Positions 1-10,121 are shown, counted from the stretch's first letter. The stretch is 43,582 bases of DNA from Stellaceae bacterium (GCA_035642295.1 DASQSR010000124.1:1-43582); one strand, 5' to 3'. Notes: generated by a model from the letters alone, not told the origin. Numbers and translations: made by a program.

Positions 1-13
1 TCTCCTCGACCGC

Positions 14-790
14 TCACAGCGCGCGCACCTCCATCTTGATCGGGCCTTCGGCGCGGCCGTGAATGAACTGGTCGACATAGGGGTTGCCGGACCGGTCGAT
101 CTCGTCCTTGGCCCCGGACCATATGATACGCCCTTTGTAGATCATGGCGATACCGTCGGCGATCTTGCGCACGCTCGCCATGTCGTGGGTGATCGACACG
201 GCGGTGACGCCGAGATCGTGAACGCACTGGACGATGAGGTCGTTGATGACATCCGCCATGATCGGGTCGAGGCCGGTGGTGGGCTCGTCGAAGACGATGA
301 TCTCCGGCTCGGCGGCGATGGCGCGCGCCAGTGCCACCCGCTTCTGCATGCCGCCGGAAAGCTCGGACGGCCGGAGCTCGCCGACGTCGGCGCCGAGGCC
401 GACCGCGCCCAGCTTCTGCAGCGCGACGTCCTTGGCGCGGTGGCGCGCGATACCGCGGCCCTCGATGAGGCCGAAGGCGACATTCTCCCAGACGCTCAGC
501 GAGTCGAAAAGCGCCGCGCCCTGGAAGAGCATGCCGAACTTTTGCCGCAGCGCATCGCGCTCGCGCCCGCGCATGCCGACGGTTTCCTGCCCGTCGATCT
601 TGATCGAGCCGGAATCGGGCTCGAGCAGGCCGAGCACGCATTTCACCAGCACCGACTTGCCCGTGCCCGAGCCGCCGATGATCACCTGGTTCTCGTGCTC
701 GTCGATGTCGAGGTCGATGCCGTCGAGCACGACCTTGCGCCCGAACGATTTCTTCAGGCCGCGGATGGTGATTTTCGGCGTCTTTCCCAT
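14..790 (-). CDS. mlaF: ABC transporter ATP-binding protein, MlaF-like
   Basis: 258-aa product from the ATG at 790, an internal start of the 14..1582 track ORF. Walker A GGSGTGKS, signature LSGGMQKR, Walker B IIVFDEPTTGLD. Starts 2 nt after the stop of the upstream MlaE-like permease gene. Confidence 0.88.
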   Translation of the reverse strand: MGKTPKITIRGLKKSFGRKVVLDGIDLDIDEHENQVIIGGSGTGKSVLVKCVLGLLEPDSGSIKIDGQETVGMRGRERDALRQKFGMLFQGAALFDSLSVWENVAFGLIEGRGIARHRAKDVALQKLGAVGLGADVGELRPSELSGGMQKRVALARAIAAEPEIIVFDEPTTGLDPIMADVINDLIVQCVHDLGVTAVSITHDMASVRKIADGIAMIYKGRIIWSGAKDEIDRSGNPYVDQFIHGRAEGPIKMEVRAL

Positions 791-792
791 GC

Positions 793-1563
793 TCAGAACA
801 GCACGGCGGTGAGCGCCGAATCGAACAGCAGGATGAGGATCGAGGCGGAGACGACGGAATAGGTCGTCGCCGCGCCGACGCCTTCGGCGCCACCGCGCGA
901 ATGATAGCCGTGATAGCAGCCCATCAGCGCGATGATGAAGCCGAACACCGCCGCCTTGATGAGGCCGGAGAAGATGTCGTCGGAGTGCAGGTAGTCGGCC
1001 GTCTGGCCGAGATAGGCCGCGGGGTTGAAGCCGAGCTTGTAGGTGCCCACGATAAAGCCGCCGAAGACGCCGATGATGTCGGCGACCAGCACCAGCGCCG
1101 GAACCGCGATCGTGCCGGCGACGATCCGCGGCACGACGAGATACTTGAAAGGGTTCGTCGCCAGCGTCGTGAGCGCGTCGATCTGGTCGGTGACGCGCAT
1201 GGTGCCGATCTCGGCGGCCATGGCCGCGCCGATCCGCCCCGCCACCATCAGCGAGGCGATCACCGGACCGAGCTCGCGCGTCACCGACAGCACGACGATG
1301 AGCGCGATGGCGCTTTGCGCGCCGATCCGGCTGAAGCCGGTATTGCTTTGCAACGCCAGCACCATGCCGGTGAACAGCGCGGTCAGTCCGACGACCGGCA
1401 GCGAGTAGTAGCCGATGTCGATCATCTGCCGCGCCACGAGGCGCGGATAGAAGGGCGGCCTGAGGCAATGGCTCAGCGCGTTGAGCGTGAACAGCGCGAG
1501 CCGCCCGGCAGCGGCAAGAAAGGCGAGGAAGACGCGGCCGACCCGGGCGAGGAAGTCGAGCAT
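793..1563 (-). CDS. mlaE: ABC transporter permease, MlaE-like
   Basis: 256-aa hydrophobic protein with the typical MlaE/Ttg2B layout (TRELGPVIASLMVAGRIGAAMAAEIGTMRVTDQIDAL). Immediately upstream of the MlaF-like ATPase gene. Confidence 0.86.
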   Translation of the reverse strand: MLDFLARVGRVFLAFLAAAGRLALFTLNALSHCLRPPFYPRLVARQMIDIGYYSLPVVGLTALFTGMVLALQSNTGFSRIGAQSAIALIVVLSVTRELGPVIASLMVAGRIGAAMAAEIGTMRVTDQIDALTTLATNPFKYLVVPRIVAGTIAVPALVLVADIIGVFGGFIVGTYKLGFNPAAYLGQTADYLHSDDIFSGLIKAAVFGFIIALMGCYHGYHSRGGAEGVGAATTYSVVSASILILLFDSALTAVLF

Positions 1564-1565
1564 GG

Positions 1566-2690
1566 TCAGCGGGACTCGCCACGATAGACGCGGTGATACC
1601 GGCGCCCGAGCGCGGTCAGTATTTCATAGCCGATGGTGCCGGCGGCGGCGGCTGCTGCGTCGATGTCATAGCTGTCGTCGATGAGATCGACGAAGCTGCC
1701 CGGCTGTGTCAGCGCGGGATCGATGCCCGTCACGTCGAACGTCATGAGATCCATCGAGATCCGTCCGACGAGGGGAATCCGCCGGCCGGCGATGCCGGCG
1801 CTGCCGCGATGGCTCGCCGATCTGAGCCAACCATCGGCGTAGCCAACCGCAACCGTCGCGATGCGGCCCGGCCGCTCCATCCGATGCGCCGCACCATATC
1901 CAACGGTCATACCGCTGTCAACGTCGCGGACCTGCAGGATTCTGCCTTTGAGGCGAACGACTTGCGCCATCGGATTGGGGCGGCCGGCAAGCGGGTTGAC
2001 GCCGTAGAGCGCGGCCCCGGGCCGGGCGAAATCGAAATGATACTCGGGGCCGAGGAAGACGCCGGAGCCGGCGGCGAGGCTCGCCGGCGCCGGCGGCAGC
2101 TGCGCGAGCGCGGCACGGAAGGCCTCGAGTTGCGCCCGGTTCAGGGGATGGTCGGCGGTCTCGGCGCAGGCGAGATGGCTGAGGACGGCGCACAGCGTCA
2201 GCCCGTCAAGCCGCTCCGGCGAGCGGCGGAGTTCGGCCAGATCCGCCGGGGCGAGGCCGAGCCGCGCCATGCCCGTGTCGATGTGAAGCATGGCGGGAAG
2301 CGCGCGCGTTCCCGCGCTCGCCCGCCAAGCGGCGATTTCGTCGATGGCGTTGAGCACGGGGATGAGGCGGGCGCGGCGGAACTCGCCGCCGGTGCCCGGC
2401 AGCAGCCCGCCCAGCACGGCGATCTCGACCTCCGGGAGCCTGCGGCGGAGCGCTATCCCTTCATCGAGAGTGGCGACGAAGAACAATGTGCAGCCGGCGG
2501 CGGCGAGTCGTGGTGCTACCTCAGCCATGCCGAGGCCGTAGGCGTCGGCCTTCACCACCGCGGCGCAGCGCGCGCCCGGGCGCAGCCGCGCCGCGAGCCG
2601 CCGCCAGTTCTCGACGATGGCGGCGAGATCGATCTCCAACACGGCGCCGGCGCGGGCGAGCGCGCGCGACGGCCGGTCAGTAGCGCTCAT
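1566..2690 (-). CDS. alr: alanine racemase
   Basis: 374 aa. PLP-lysine motif AVVKADAYGLG near the N-terminus and a C-terminal GYADG...GRISMD motif. The start overlaps the dnaB stop by 14 nt. Confidence 0.92.
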   Translation of the reverse strand: MSATDRPSRALARAGAVLEIDLAAIVENWRRLAARLRPGARCAAVVKADAYGLGMAEVAPRLAAAGCTLFFVATLDEGIALRRRLPEVEIAVLGGLLPGTGGEFRRARLIPVLNAIDEIAAWRASAGTRALPAMLHIDTGMARLGLAPADLAELRRSPERLDGLTLCAVLSHLACAETADHPLNRAQLEAFRAALAQLPPAPASLAAGSGVFLGPEYHFDFARPGAALYGVNPLAGRPNPMAQVVRLKGRILQVRDVDSGMTVGYGAAHRMERPGRIATVAVGYADGWLRSASHRGSAGIAGRRIPLVGRISMDLMTFDVTGIDPALTQPGSFVDLIDDSYDIDAAAAAAGTIGYEILTALGRRYHRVYRGESR

Positions 2691-4200
2691 CGGGCAGGCG
2701 GTCGCCGCGGACGAAGTTATCGAACTTCGTTGTCTCGCCGTCGAAGCGCAGCGTCACCTTGCCGATCGGACCATGGCGCTGCTTGGCGATGATCACCTCG
2801 CCGGTGCCGTGCACTTCCTCGAGGCGCTCCTGCCAGCGGGAATAGCGTTCGTTGAACTTGTCGTCGTTCTCTTCCGGACGCCGCATCGGCTCGCCGCGGC
2901 TGAGGTAGTACTCTTCGCGGAACACGAACATGACGACGTCCGCGTCCTGCTCGATCGAGCCGGATTCGCGGAGATCGGAGAGCATCGGCCGCTTGTCCTC
3001 GCGCTGCTCCACCGCGCGCGACAGCTGCGACAGCGCCACCACCGGCACGTTGAGCTCCTTGGCCAGCGCCTTAAGGCCGCGGGTGATTTCGGAGATCTCC
3101 TGGACGCGATTCTCGGCGCTCTCGCCCGAGCCGCGCAGCAGCTGCAGGTAATCGACGATGATCAGCCCCAACCCTTGCTGCCGCATCAGCCGGCGGGCGC
3201 GCGTGCGCAGGCCGGCGATGGTCAGGGCCGGGGTGTCGTCGATGAACAGCGGCACCGAAGCGAGCTTCTGACTCGCCTGGACGAATTTGCCGAAATCGTC
3301 GTGCGAGACGTCGCCGCGGCGAATCCGGTCGGAGGGTACGGCCGATTCCTCCGAGAGCACGCGCGTCGCCAGCTGCTCCGCCGACATTTCCAGCGAGAAG
3401 AAGCCGATCACCGCCCCATCCTCGGCGACCACGCGGCCGTCGGGGGTGCGTTGCGGCCGAAAGGCCTTGGCGGCGTTGAAGCCGATGTTGGTCGCCAGCG
3501 CCGTCTTGCCCATCGACGGACGGCCGGCGAGAACGATCAGGTCCGAAGGGTGAAGCCCGCCCAGCAGCTTGTCGAGATCGGTGAAGCCGGTGGCGACGCC
3601 GGTGGTGCGGCCGGCGCGCTTGAACGCGGCTTCGGCCATGTCGATGGCTTCGCTGAGTGCCTGCTTGAACGCGCGAAACCCGCCATCGTATTGGCCGGTC
3701 TGGGCGAGATCGAAGAGCTTCTTCTCCGCCTGCTCGATCTGTTGCGTGGCAGCCCGGTCGAGGTCGTAGTCATAGGCGTCGTTGACGGTGTCCTCGCCGA
3801 TGGCGATGAGCTGGCGGCGAAGATAGAGGTCATGGATGGTGCGGCCGTAATCCTCGGCATTGATGATGGTCACCACCGAGGTGGCGAGCCGCGCCAGATA
3901 TTGCGCCCCGCCGATCTCGGCAAGCGCGCCGTCCTGATCGAAGAGATTCTTCAGCGTCACCGGATTGGCGATCTGTCCGCGCTCGATCAGCTTGGAAATC
4001 GCGGCGTAGATCCGGCCGTGCACGCCTTCGGCGAAATGCTCCGGCAGCAGGAAATCGGAAACGCGATGGTAGGCGGCATTATTGACGAGAATTGCGCCGA
4101 GCAGCGCCTGCTCGGCCTCGATATTGTGCGGCGGCGAGCGGTAGGTGGCGTCGCCCTCACGCAGCGGGGTGACGTTCGAGGAAGGGGCTGCGGATTCCAT
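2677..4200 (-). CDS. dnaB: replicative DNA helicase DnaB
   Basis: 507 aa from the ATG at 4200 (MESAAPSS...). N-terminal signature PPHNIEAEQALLGAILVNN, Walker A GRPSMGKTA, and C-terminal IIAKQRHGP. The longer track ORF (to 4320) adds a non-homologous extension. Confidence 0.95.
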   Translation of the reverse strand: MESAAPSSNVTPLREGDATYRSPPHNIEAEQALLGAILVNNAAYHRVSDFLLPEHFAEGVHGRIYAAISKLIERGQIANPVTLKNLFDQDGALAEIGGAQYLARLATSVVTIINAEDYGRTIHDLYLRRQLIAIGEDTVNDAYDYDLDRAATQQIEQAEKKLFDLAQTGQYDGGFRAFKQALSEAIDMAEAAFKRAGRTTGVATGFTDLDKLLGGLHPSDLIVLAGRPSMGKTALATNIGFNAAKAFRPQRTPDGRVVAEDGAVIGFFSLEMSAEQLATRVLSEESAVPSDRIRRGDVSHDDFGKFVQASQKLASVPLFIDDTPALTIAGLRTRARRLMRQQGLGLIIVDYLQLLRGSGESAENRVQEISEITRGLKALAKELNVPVVALSQLSRAVEQREDKRPMLSDLRESGSIEQDADVVMFVFREEYYLSRGEPMRRPEENDDKFNERYSRWQERLEEVHGTGEVIIAKQRHGPIGKVTLRFDGETTKFDNFVRGDRLPDERY

Positions 4201-4413
4201 GATCGATGATAACAGACGAGGTGCGCCAAAGGTGACGGCAATGTTACCAACCCAGGGCGTCGGGGGACACGCCGATTCCATGCACAGGCTGTGGAAGCCG
4301 GGGACGCCGGCTCGATGCAACCAATTTTTAAGAAAATTTGCGCATTAAGCGTTTTTTCAACCCTCAGGTGAGTAACTTGGCGGTCGAGACTACAGGCAAG
4401 AGGAGAGATCAAG

Positions 4414-6507
4414 GTGCGGCGCTTCCAGGCCATCAGCACGCTGCTGCAGCTGATCACGGGGTTCATGGCGGCGGCCCTCGTCATCACCTTCGCCATCGCG
4501 GCCGAGCAGGCGCTTGAGCGGCGCGCGGTCGCGACCCGAGTCGAGGCCGTTGCCAGCATCTCGCGCGATCTCTTTACCGCGATGCAAAATCTGCGCGTCG
4601 AGCGCGGCACGGTCAACACGGCGCTCGCCGGCGCCGCACCGATCTCCGCCGACACGCAAAGCGACGTCGTCGCGCTGCGGGCGAAATCGGATGCGGCGCT
4701 CGCCGTGGCGCTGGCGAAGCTCAAGCGCGCCCCGATCTCCGGTACGGAGCAGGGCGAGCGCCAGCTGACCAGCGACGGCGAGGCGCTCGCCCAGCTGCGG
4801 CGGGCGGCCGATGGTGCGGCGCAGCAAACCAAGGACAAGCGGCCGGCGGAGATCAGCAAGGACTGGATCGCGGGGATCGGCAAGCTGGTTGACACGATCG
4901 ACCGGCTCTCCGACCGCCTCTCCGACGACATCAATCTGAGCGATCCCTTCATCACCGAGATGATGAAGATCAAGCAGCTCGGCTGGGCGATGCGCGATGC
5001 CGCGGGGACCGACCGTCTGGTGGTGGGCGCGCTCATTGCCAACAACAAGGGCATATCGCCGGTTCAGCAGGAGCGCCTCGCCGTCCTGCAGGGGCAAGTC
5101 GATCAGGCCTGGAAAGCGATCGCGAGCGACGTGCGTCCGTCGGCGATCCCGGCACCTCTCAGGGAGGCCGTCGGCCAGGCGAAGCAGGCCTATTTCGTCG
5201 AGCTTGCCGAGCTGCGCAAGGCGATCCTCGAGGCGCTGCTCGCCGGCAAGCCGGCGCCGGTTTCCGGCGAAGACTGGGTGAAGCGGTCCAATCCGGGCCT
5301 CGAAAGCCTGATCCATGTTGCCAATGTCGCCTTCGACTTGGCGGAGACGCACGCCGTCGAGCAGGCCGCCGCCGCCTTGCGCGCTTGTGCCGTGCAGATC
5401 GGCGTGACGCTCGTCTTCCTCGCTTTCGGCGTCTTCACCACGCTGTTCGTGCGCCGCCGGATCGCGCGGCCGATGGCCGACATTACGGAGGCCATGCGCG
5501 CGGTGGCGGCAGGCGATCTCGAGCACGAGATCGGCTTTGCCCGCCGCTCCGACGAGATCGGCGAGCTTGCCCATGCGCTTGGCGTGTTCCGCGACAACGC
5601 GCGCGAGAAGGCGCGGATCGAAGCGGCGCAGCGCGCGGAGCAGGAGCGCAAAGAGCGGCGCCATCAGGCTATCGAGCAGCAGATCGCGCATTTCGAGGCG
5701 TCGGTGGGCGGCCTCCTCAAACAGCTCGCCCACGCCGCGGCCGAGATGCGCAGCACTTCCGAGAGCATGTCGCAAACTGCGGAGCAGACGGGCCGGCAGG
5801 CGGTGGCAGCCGACAAGGGGGCACAGCAGGCCAGCGCCAATGTGCAGACCGTCGCCACGGCCTCGGAGGAACTCGCCGCCTCGATCGCCGAGATCGCCCG
5901 GCAGGTTGCCCAGGCCAGCGACGTCGCGAAGCGTGCCTCGACCAAGAGCAAGGAGGCGGACGGCACCATGCAGAGCCTCGCCGATATGGCGCAACGCATC
6001 GGCGAGGTGGTGGGGTTGATCAGCGACATCGCCGGCCAGACCAACCTTCTGGCCCTCAACGCCACGATCGAAGCGGCGCGCGCGGGCGAGGCGGGCAAGG
6101 GCTTTGCCGTCGTGGCGAGCGAGGTCAAGTCGCTGGCGACCCAGACCGGCAAGGCGACCGAGGATATCGCCGCCCAGGTGGCGGCGATCCAGGCGGCGAC
6201 CCGGAGCGCCGTCGAAGCGATCCGCGGCGTTTTCGACGTCATCACTGCGGTCAGCGACATCTCCACCTCGATTGCTTCGGCGATCGAGGAGCAGGGTGCC
6301 GCCACGCAGGAGATCAGCCGCAACACGCAGGCGGCGGCGCGCGGCACGCAGGAGGTCTATGGCAATATCGATGGCGTCAGCCAAGGCGCCGCCATGACCG
6401 GAAAGGCCGCGGAGCAGGTCCTTTCGGCCGCCGGCGAGCTGTCGCAGGGAGCCGAGCAGCTCAAGGCGGAGGTCGGCGCCTTCCTCGACGCCATACGCGC
6501 CGCTTGA
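4414..6507 (+). CDS. methyl-accepting chemotaxis protein (two TM helices, ~290-aa periplasmic sensor, HAMP, MCP signalling domain)
   Basis: 697 aa. GTG start preceded by aggagag. TM1 [18 protein letters not shown] and TM2 [24 protein letters not shown] ([18 protein letters not shown]). Conserved signalling hairpin [37 protein letters not shown]. Confidence 0.93.
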   Translation: MRRFQAISTLLQLITGFMAAALVITFAIAAEQALERRAVATRVEAVASISRDLFTAMQNLRVERGTVNTALAGAAPISADTQSDVVALRAKSDAALAVALAKLKRAPISGTEQGERQLTSDGEALAQLRRAADGAAQQTKDKRPAEISKDWIAGIGKLVDTIDRLSDRLSDDINLSDPFITEMMKIKQLGWAMRDAAGTDRLVVGALIANNKGISPVQQERLAVLQGQVDQAWKAIASDVRPSAIPAPLREAVGQAKQAYFVELAELRKAILEALLAGKPAPVSGEDWVKRSNPGLESLIHVANVAFDLAETHAVEQAAAALRACAVQIGVTLVFLAFGVFTTLFVRRRIARPMADITEAMRAVAAGDLEHEIGFARRSDEIGELAHALGVFRDNAREKARIEAAQRAEQERKERRHQAIEQQIAHFEASVGGLLKQLAHAAAEMRSTSESMSQTAEQTGRQAVAADKGAQQASANVQTVATASEELAASIAEIARQVAQASDVAKRASTKSKEADGTMQSLADMAQRIGEVVGLISDIAGQTNLLALNATIEAARAGEAGKGFAVVASEVKSLATQTGKATEDIAAQVAAIQAATRSAVEAIRGVFDVITAVSDISTSIASAIEEQGAATQEISRNTQAAARGTQEVYGNIDGVSQGAAMTGKAAEQVLSAAGELSQGAEQLKAEVGAFLDAIRAA

Positions 6508-6519
6508 GCGGCGTCGGTG

Positions 6520-7764
6520 CTAGGCGCGCCGCGCCAGCCCGACCCGCTCGGCCTCGGGCGTGCGGTGGGCACGCTCCCAATCGGTGATGTAGTCGCGCGT
6601 GAGCGGCACGGTATCGATGCGCTTTGCCAGCTGCATCTGGAAATTCATGTGCCCCTGTTCGCGGAACGCGACTTCCGAGCCGGCGAGATAGAATTCCCAC
6701 ATGCGGCAAAAGCGCTCGTCGTAAAGCGCGCGGACGCGCTCGCGATTGGCATTGAAGCGCTGACGCCACGCCCGCAGCGTCTCGGCATAGTGCAGCCGCA
6801 GGATCTCGATGTCGGTGATCCAGAGGCCGGTGCGCTCCACGACGGGAACCACTTCGGAGACCGCCGGCGAATAGCCGCCGGGAAAGATGTACTTGCGCAG
6901 CCAGGGATTGGTCGCACCCGGCCCGTCCTGCCGCCCGATCGAATGAAGCAGCGCCACCCCGTCCTCCGGGAGCAGCTCCTTGAGCTTGCGGAAGAAGTGG
7001 GGGTAATGCACGACCCCGACATGCTCGAACATCCCGACCGAGACGATGCGATCGTAGCGGCCGGTCACCTCGCGGTAGTCGCAGAGCTCGAAGCGGACGC
7101 GATCGGCGAGGCCGGCATCGGCCGCCCGCTGCTGCGCCACCTTGAGCTGCTCGCTCGACAAGGTGAGCCCGGTGACCGAGACGCCGCACTCGCGCGCGAG
7201 GTAAAGAGCGAGGCCGCCCCAGCCGCAGCCAATGTCGAGCACGCTCTGCCCGGGCTTCAGCAGCAGCTTCGCGGCGATATGGCGCTTCTTGTTGGCCTGC
7301 GCTTCCTCGATGCTCTGATCGGGTGCAAGGAAATAGGCGCAGGAATACTGGCGGTCGGCGTCGAGGAAGAGCTCGTAAAGCGTGTCGGAGAGGTCGTAAT
7401 GATGCGCCACGTTGGCGCGCGCGCGGCGCAGCGGATTGTATTGCTGGAAGATGCGGAAAGCGCGGCCGAAGCCCTCATAGAACGGCGTCAGCGCGGTGCG
7501 CGGCGCGCGGTTCAGGTTGACCGCCATGAAGCTGAGGAAGTCGTAGATGCTCGCTTCCTCGACCGTGAGCGTGCCCTCCATGAAGGCCTCGCCGAGATAG
7601 AGCCGCGGATTGAAAAAAAGCTTGTGACCGAGCGCGGCGTCGTGGAGACGGATGGTAATGCTGGGGCCGGGCTCGCCGGCAAAGCGGTGCAGCGTGCCGT
7701 GCGCGTCGACGACGCGCAGCGTCCCCTGGCGCACGAGGTGGCGGAGCAGTCGGGCCAACAGCAT
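6520..7764 (-). CDS. cfa: cyclopropane-fatty-acyl-phospholipid synthase family SAM-dependent methyltransferase
   Basis: 414 aa. SAM-binding motif VLDIGCGWGGLALYLA. CFA-synthase-like blocks HYDLSDTLYELFLD and MFEHVG. Confidence 0.87.
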   Translation of the reverse strand: MLLARLLRHLVRQGTLRVVDAHGTLHRFAGEPGPSITIRLHDAALGHKLFFNPRLYLGEAFMEGTLTVEEASIYDFLSFMAVNLNRAPRTALTPFYEGFGRAFRIFQQYNPLRRARANVAHHYDLSDTLYELFLDADRQYSCAYFLAPDQSIEEAQANKKRHIAAKLLLKPGQSVLDIGCGWGGLALYLARECGVSVTGLTLSSEQLKVAQQRAADAGLADRVRFELCDYREVTGRYDRIVSVGMFEHVGVVHYPHFFRKLKELLPEDGVALLHSIGRQDGPGATNPWLRKYIFPGGYSPAVSEVVPVVERTGLWITDIEILRLHYAETLRAWRQRFNANRERVRALYDERFCRMWEFYLAGSEVAFREQGHMNFQMQLAKRIDTVPLTRDYITDWERAHRTPEAERVGLARRA

Positions 7765-7870
7765 CGGTGCCTTCCTCCCTCGGCTGCGACGACTGGTTGG
7801 GCTCGTTCAAATATCTGCAATCAGCGGCAGGGGTACAAGGGGTCCCTTTGAAACCATTCGCTTTTTTCGC

Positions 7871-8704
7871 TCAGAGCATGGCCAGCGGCTCGGGCGCCCG
7901 CGGCGGCGGAAAGGCGGCATCGAGCGCCGCGAGCTCGGCGGGCGTGAGGTCGAGCGCCAGTGCGCCGTGGTTCTCGCGGACATGGTCTGCCCGGCCGGCC
8001 TTCGGGATGGCGATGACGCCGTCCTGCCGAATGAGCCAGGCGAGCGCGACCTGGGCGGGGGTGGCGCCGCGCGCGCGGGCAAGAGCGGCAAGCGCCGGTT
8101 TGCGCAGCAGCCGGCCTTGCTCGATCGGCGAATAAGCCATCACCGGCACGCCGGCTTCACGCAGCCGGGGCAGCAGCGCCCATTCGACGCCGCGGCGCCC
8201 GAGGTTGTAGAGGACCTGGTCCGTCGCCGTCGCTCGGCCGCCGGGAAGCCTCCACCACTCTTCGAGATCGGGGAGGTCGAAATTGCTGACGCCGTAATGC
8301 CGGACTTTGCCGCTGCGCTGCAGCGCAACGAAAGCCTCGAGGGTTTCGGCCAGCGGCACCTCGCCGCGCCAGTGCAGGAGATAGAGGTCGATCCGGTCGG
8401 TGCCCAGCCGCTTCAGGCTGCGCTCGCAGGCGGCGACGGCGCCCCGGCGGGTGGCGTTGTGCGGATAGACCTTGCTGACGATGAACGCTTTGTCGCGCTG
8501 GCCGGCGATGGCCTCCCCCACCAGCTCCTCGGCGCCGCCGTCACCATACATCTCGGCGGTGTCGATCAGCGTCATGCCGAGCTCGAGACCGAGCCGGAGC
8601 GACGCCACCAGGTCGGGCCCGCGGCTGCTCGCCTCGCCCATGCCCCAGGTGCCGAGACCCAGGACGGGCACAAGCTCGCCCCCGGGCAGTCGCCGATGTC
8701 GCAT
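7871..8704 (-). CDS. aldo/keto reductase
   Basis: 277 aa from the ATG at 8704 ([23 protein letters not shown]). AKR blocks DTAEMYG and IDLYLLHW. Confidence 0.87.
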   Translation of the reverse strand: MRHRRLPGGELVPVLGLGTWGMGEASSRGPDLVASLRLGLELGMTLIDTAEMYGDGGAEELVGEAIAGQRDKAFIVSKVYPHNATRRGAVAACERSLKRLGTDRIDLYLLHWRGEVPLAETLEAFVALQRSGKVRHYGVSNFDLPDLEEWWRLPGGRATATDQVLYNLGRRGVEWALLPRLREAGVPVMAYSPIEQGRLLRKPALAALARARGATPAQVALAWLIRQDGVIAIPKAGRADHVRENHGALALDLTPAELAALDAAFPPPRAPEPLAML

Positions 8705-8781
8705 CGCAGCCTCCCCGGTTGATTTGGCGCAGGACCGCCGCCGCGGCAAGATGGGCGCCTTCGGAGAGGCTGGAGGTGGCG

Positions 8782-9255
8782 ATGAGCGACGGACCGGTTG
8801 CGGCGGATTTGCCGCCGGTGGCCCCTGGCACGGTGCTGGTGGTGGAAAGCGGCGAGGGCTTGCTGAAGCAGATCCTATTCGACGGCCGGCACCGGCTCGT
8901 TGCCGACGAGCCGCTCGCGGCGGGCGGCAGCGATGCCGGCCCGAACCCTTATGAACTGCTGCTGATGAGCCTCGGCGCCTGCACCGCCATGACGCTCCGC
9001 CTCTATGCCCGGCGCAAGCAATGGCCGCTCGAGCGCGTCGCCGTGCGGCTCACGCATGCGCGGATCCATGCCGAGGATTGCGCCGAATGCGAGACCAGAA
9101 GCGGCTTTGTCGACCGGATCGAGCGCGAGATCGAGCTGGCGGGGCCGCTCGATGCGGCGCAGCGTGCGCGGCTGATGGCGATCGCCGAGATGTGCCCGGT
9201 GCACCGCACCTTGACCTCGGAGATCAGCATTCAGAGCCGGCTTGCCGACGCCTAG
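8782..9255 (+). CDS. OsmC/Ohr family peroxiredoxin-like protein
   Basis: 157 aa from the ATG at 8782, preceded by ggagg at 8773-8777. Has the two conserved Cys contexts, [24 protein letters not shown] and [11 protein letters not shown]. Confidence 0.8.
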   Translation: MSDGPVAADLPPVAPGTVLVVESGEGLLKQILFDGRHRLVADEPLAAGGSDAGPNPYELLLMSLGACTAMTLRLYARRKQWPLERVAVRLTHARIHAEDCAECETRSGFVDRIEREIELAGPLDAAQRARLMAIAEMCPVHRTLTSEISIQSRLADA

Positions 9256-9269
9256 CCGGAAGGCGCGCC

Positions 9270-9848
9270 TCAGGCCTGCTCGGCGGCGCCGCTTTCGGAG
9301 GGCGCGGCGCCGGCTTCGGCAGAAGCGGCCGCTTCGCGCGCCGCGGCTTCCTGGGCGAGGCGGACCGGATCGATGCCCTTGGCCTGCATCTCCGCCTCTT
9401 CCGCCGACTGGGCGACGTTGACCGTCACCGTCACCGAGACTTCGGGATGGAGCACGACGCGCTGCTTGTGGAGGCCGAGCGTCTTGATCGCCTTGTCCAG
9501 AACCACCTGGCCGCGGCCGATGGTGAAGCCCGCTTCGGTGACGGCGTCGGCGACGTCGCGCGCGGTGACCGAGCCATAGAGCTGGCCGCTCTCGCCGGCC
9601 TGACGGATGACGATCACCGAGACGCCGTCGAGCTTCTTGGCGACCTGCTCCGCCTCGCTCCGGCGGGCGAGGTTCTGCGCCTCGAGCTGCGCGCGCTGCT
9701 TCTCGAAATAGGCCAGGTTCTCCTTGGTGGCGCGCAGCGCCTTCTTCTGCGGCAGCAGGTAGTTGCGGGCATAGCCCGGGCGCACTTTGACCACCTGGCC
9801 CATCTGGCCCAGATTCTCGACGCGCTCGAGCAGGATGACATCGACCAT
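9270..9848 (-). CDS. rplI: 50S ribosomal protein L9
   Basis: 192 aa. [37 protein letters not shown]. aggagg RBS upstream. Ala/Glu-rich C-terminal extension. Confidence 0.96.
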   Translation of the reverse strand: MVDVILLERVENLGQMGQVVKVRPGYARNYLLPQKKALRATKENLAYFEKQRAQLEAQNLARRSEAEQVAKKLDGVSVIVIRQAGESGQLYGSVTARDVADAVTEAGFTIGRGQVVLDKAIKTLGLHKQRVVLHPEVSVTVTVNVAQSAEEAEMQAKGIDPVRLAQEAAAREAAASAEAGAAPSESGAAEQA

Positions 9849-9857
9849 GGCCGCCTC

Positions 9858-10121
9858 CTACTGAACGCTGTAAGGCAGAAGGCCGAGAAAGCGGGCGCGC
9901 TTGATCGCCTGAGCCAGCTCGCGCTGCCGCTTGGTCGAGACCGCGGTAATGCGGCTCGGCACGATCTTGCCGCGCTCGGAGACGAAACGCTGCAGCAGCT
10001 TCACGTCCTTGTAGTCGATCTTGGGCGCATGCGGACCCGAGAACGGGCAGGATTTGCGCCGCCGGAAGAACGGCCGGCGCGTCGCCGGACGACCGCCGCC
10101 CGAAGCGTGACCGTCGCTCAT
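9858..10121 (-). CDS. rpsR: 30S ribosomal protein S18
   Basis: 87 aa. [50 protein letters not shown]. The ATG overlaps the rpsF stop (ATGA). Confidence 0.96.
   Translation of the reverse strand: MSDGHASGGGRPATRRPFFRRRKSCPFSGPHAPKIDYKDVKLLQRFVSERGKIVPSRITAVSTKRQRELAQAIKRARFLGLLPYSVQ

Noticed and set aside
14-1582. 522-aa track ORF that looks like a fused permease-ATPase protein.
   Set aside because: Only the C-terminal 258 aa (from MGKTPK at 790) is ABC-ATPase-like. The N-terminal part is an out-of-frame read across mlaE with Arg/Ala-rich nonsense. The separate 793..1563 frame gives a proper MlaE-like permease.
2677-4200. Checked DnaB for an intein or other insertion.
   Set aside because: The protein is an uninterrupted ~507 aa, with normal spacing between the N-terminal domain and the RecA-like motifs. 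There is no intein.
2617-4209. 530-aa ORF antisense to dnaB.
   Set aside because: The product is Arg/Ala/Gly/Leu-rich with no recognisable domains. It mirrors a gene with unmistakable DnaB motifs on the other strand. Long stop-free antisense frames are expected in GC3-rich DNA.
4328-4349. Possible CtrA box (TTAA-N7-TTAAC) in the dnaB/MCP spacer.
   Set aside because: The two TTAA half-sites are separated by 13 nt, not 7, so this does not fit the CtrA consensus. I kept it only as an AT-rich island observation.
4390-6384. 664-aa ORF antisense to the MCP gene.
   Set aside because: The same GC-driven artefact. The plus-strand frame carries the canonical MCP signalling hairpin and HAMP domain, while the antisense product is low-complexity and Arg/Gly/Leu-rich.
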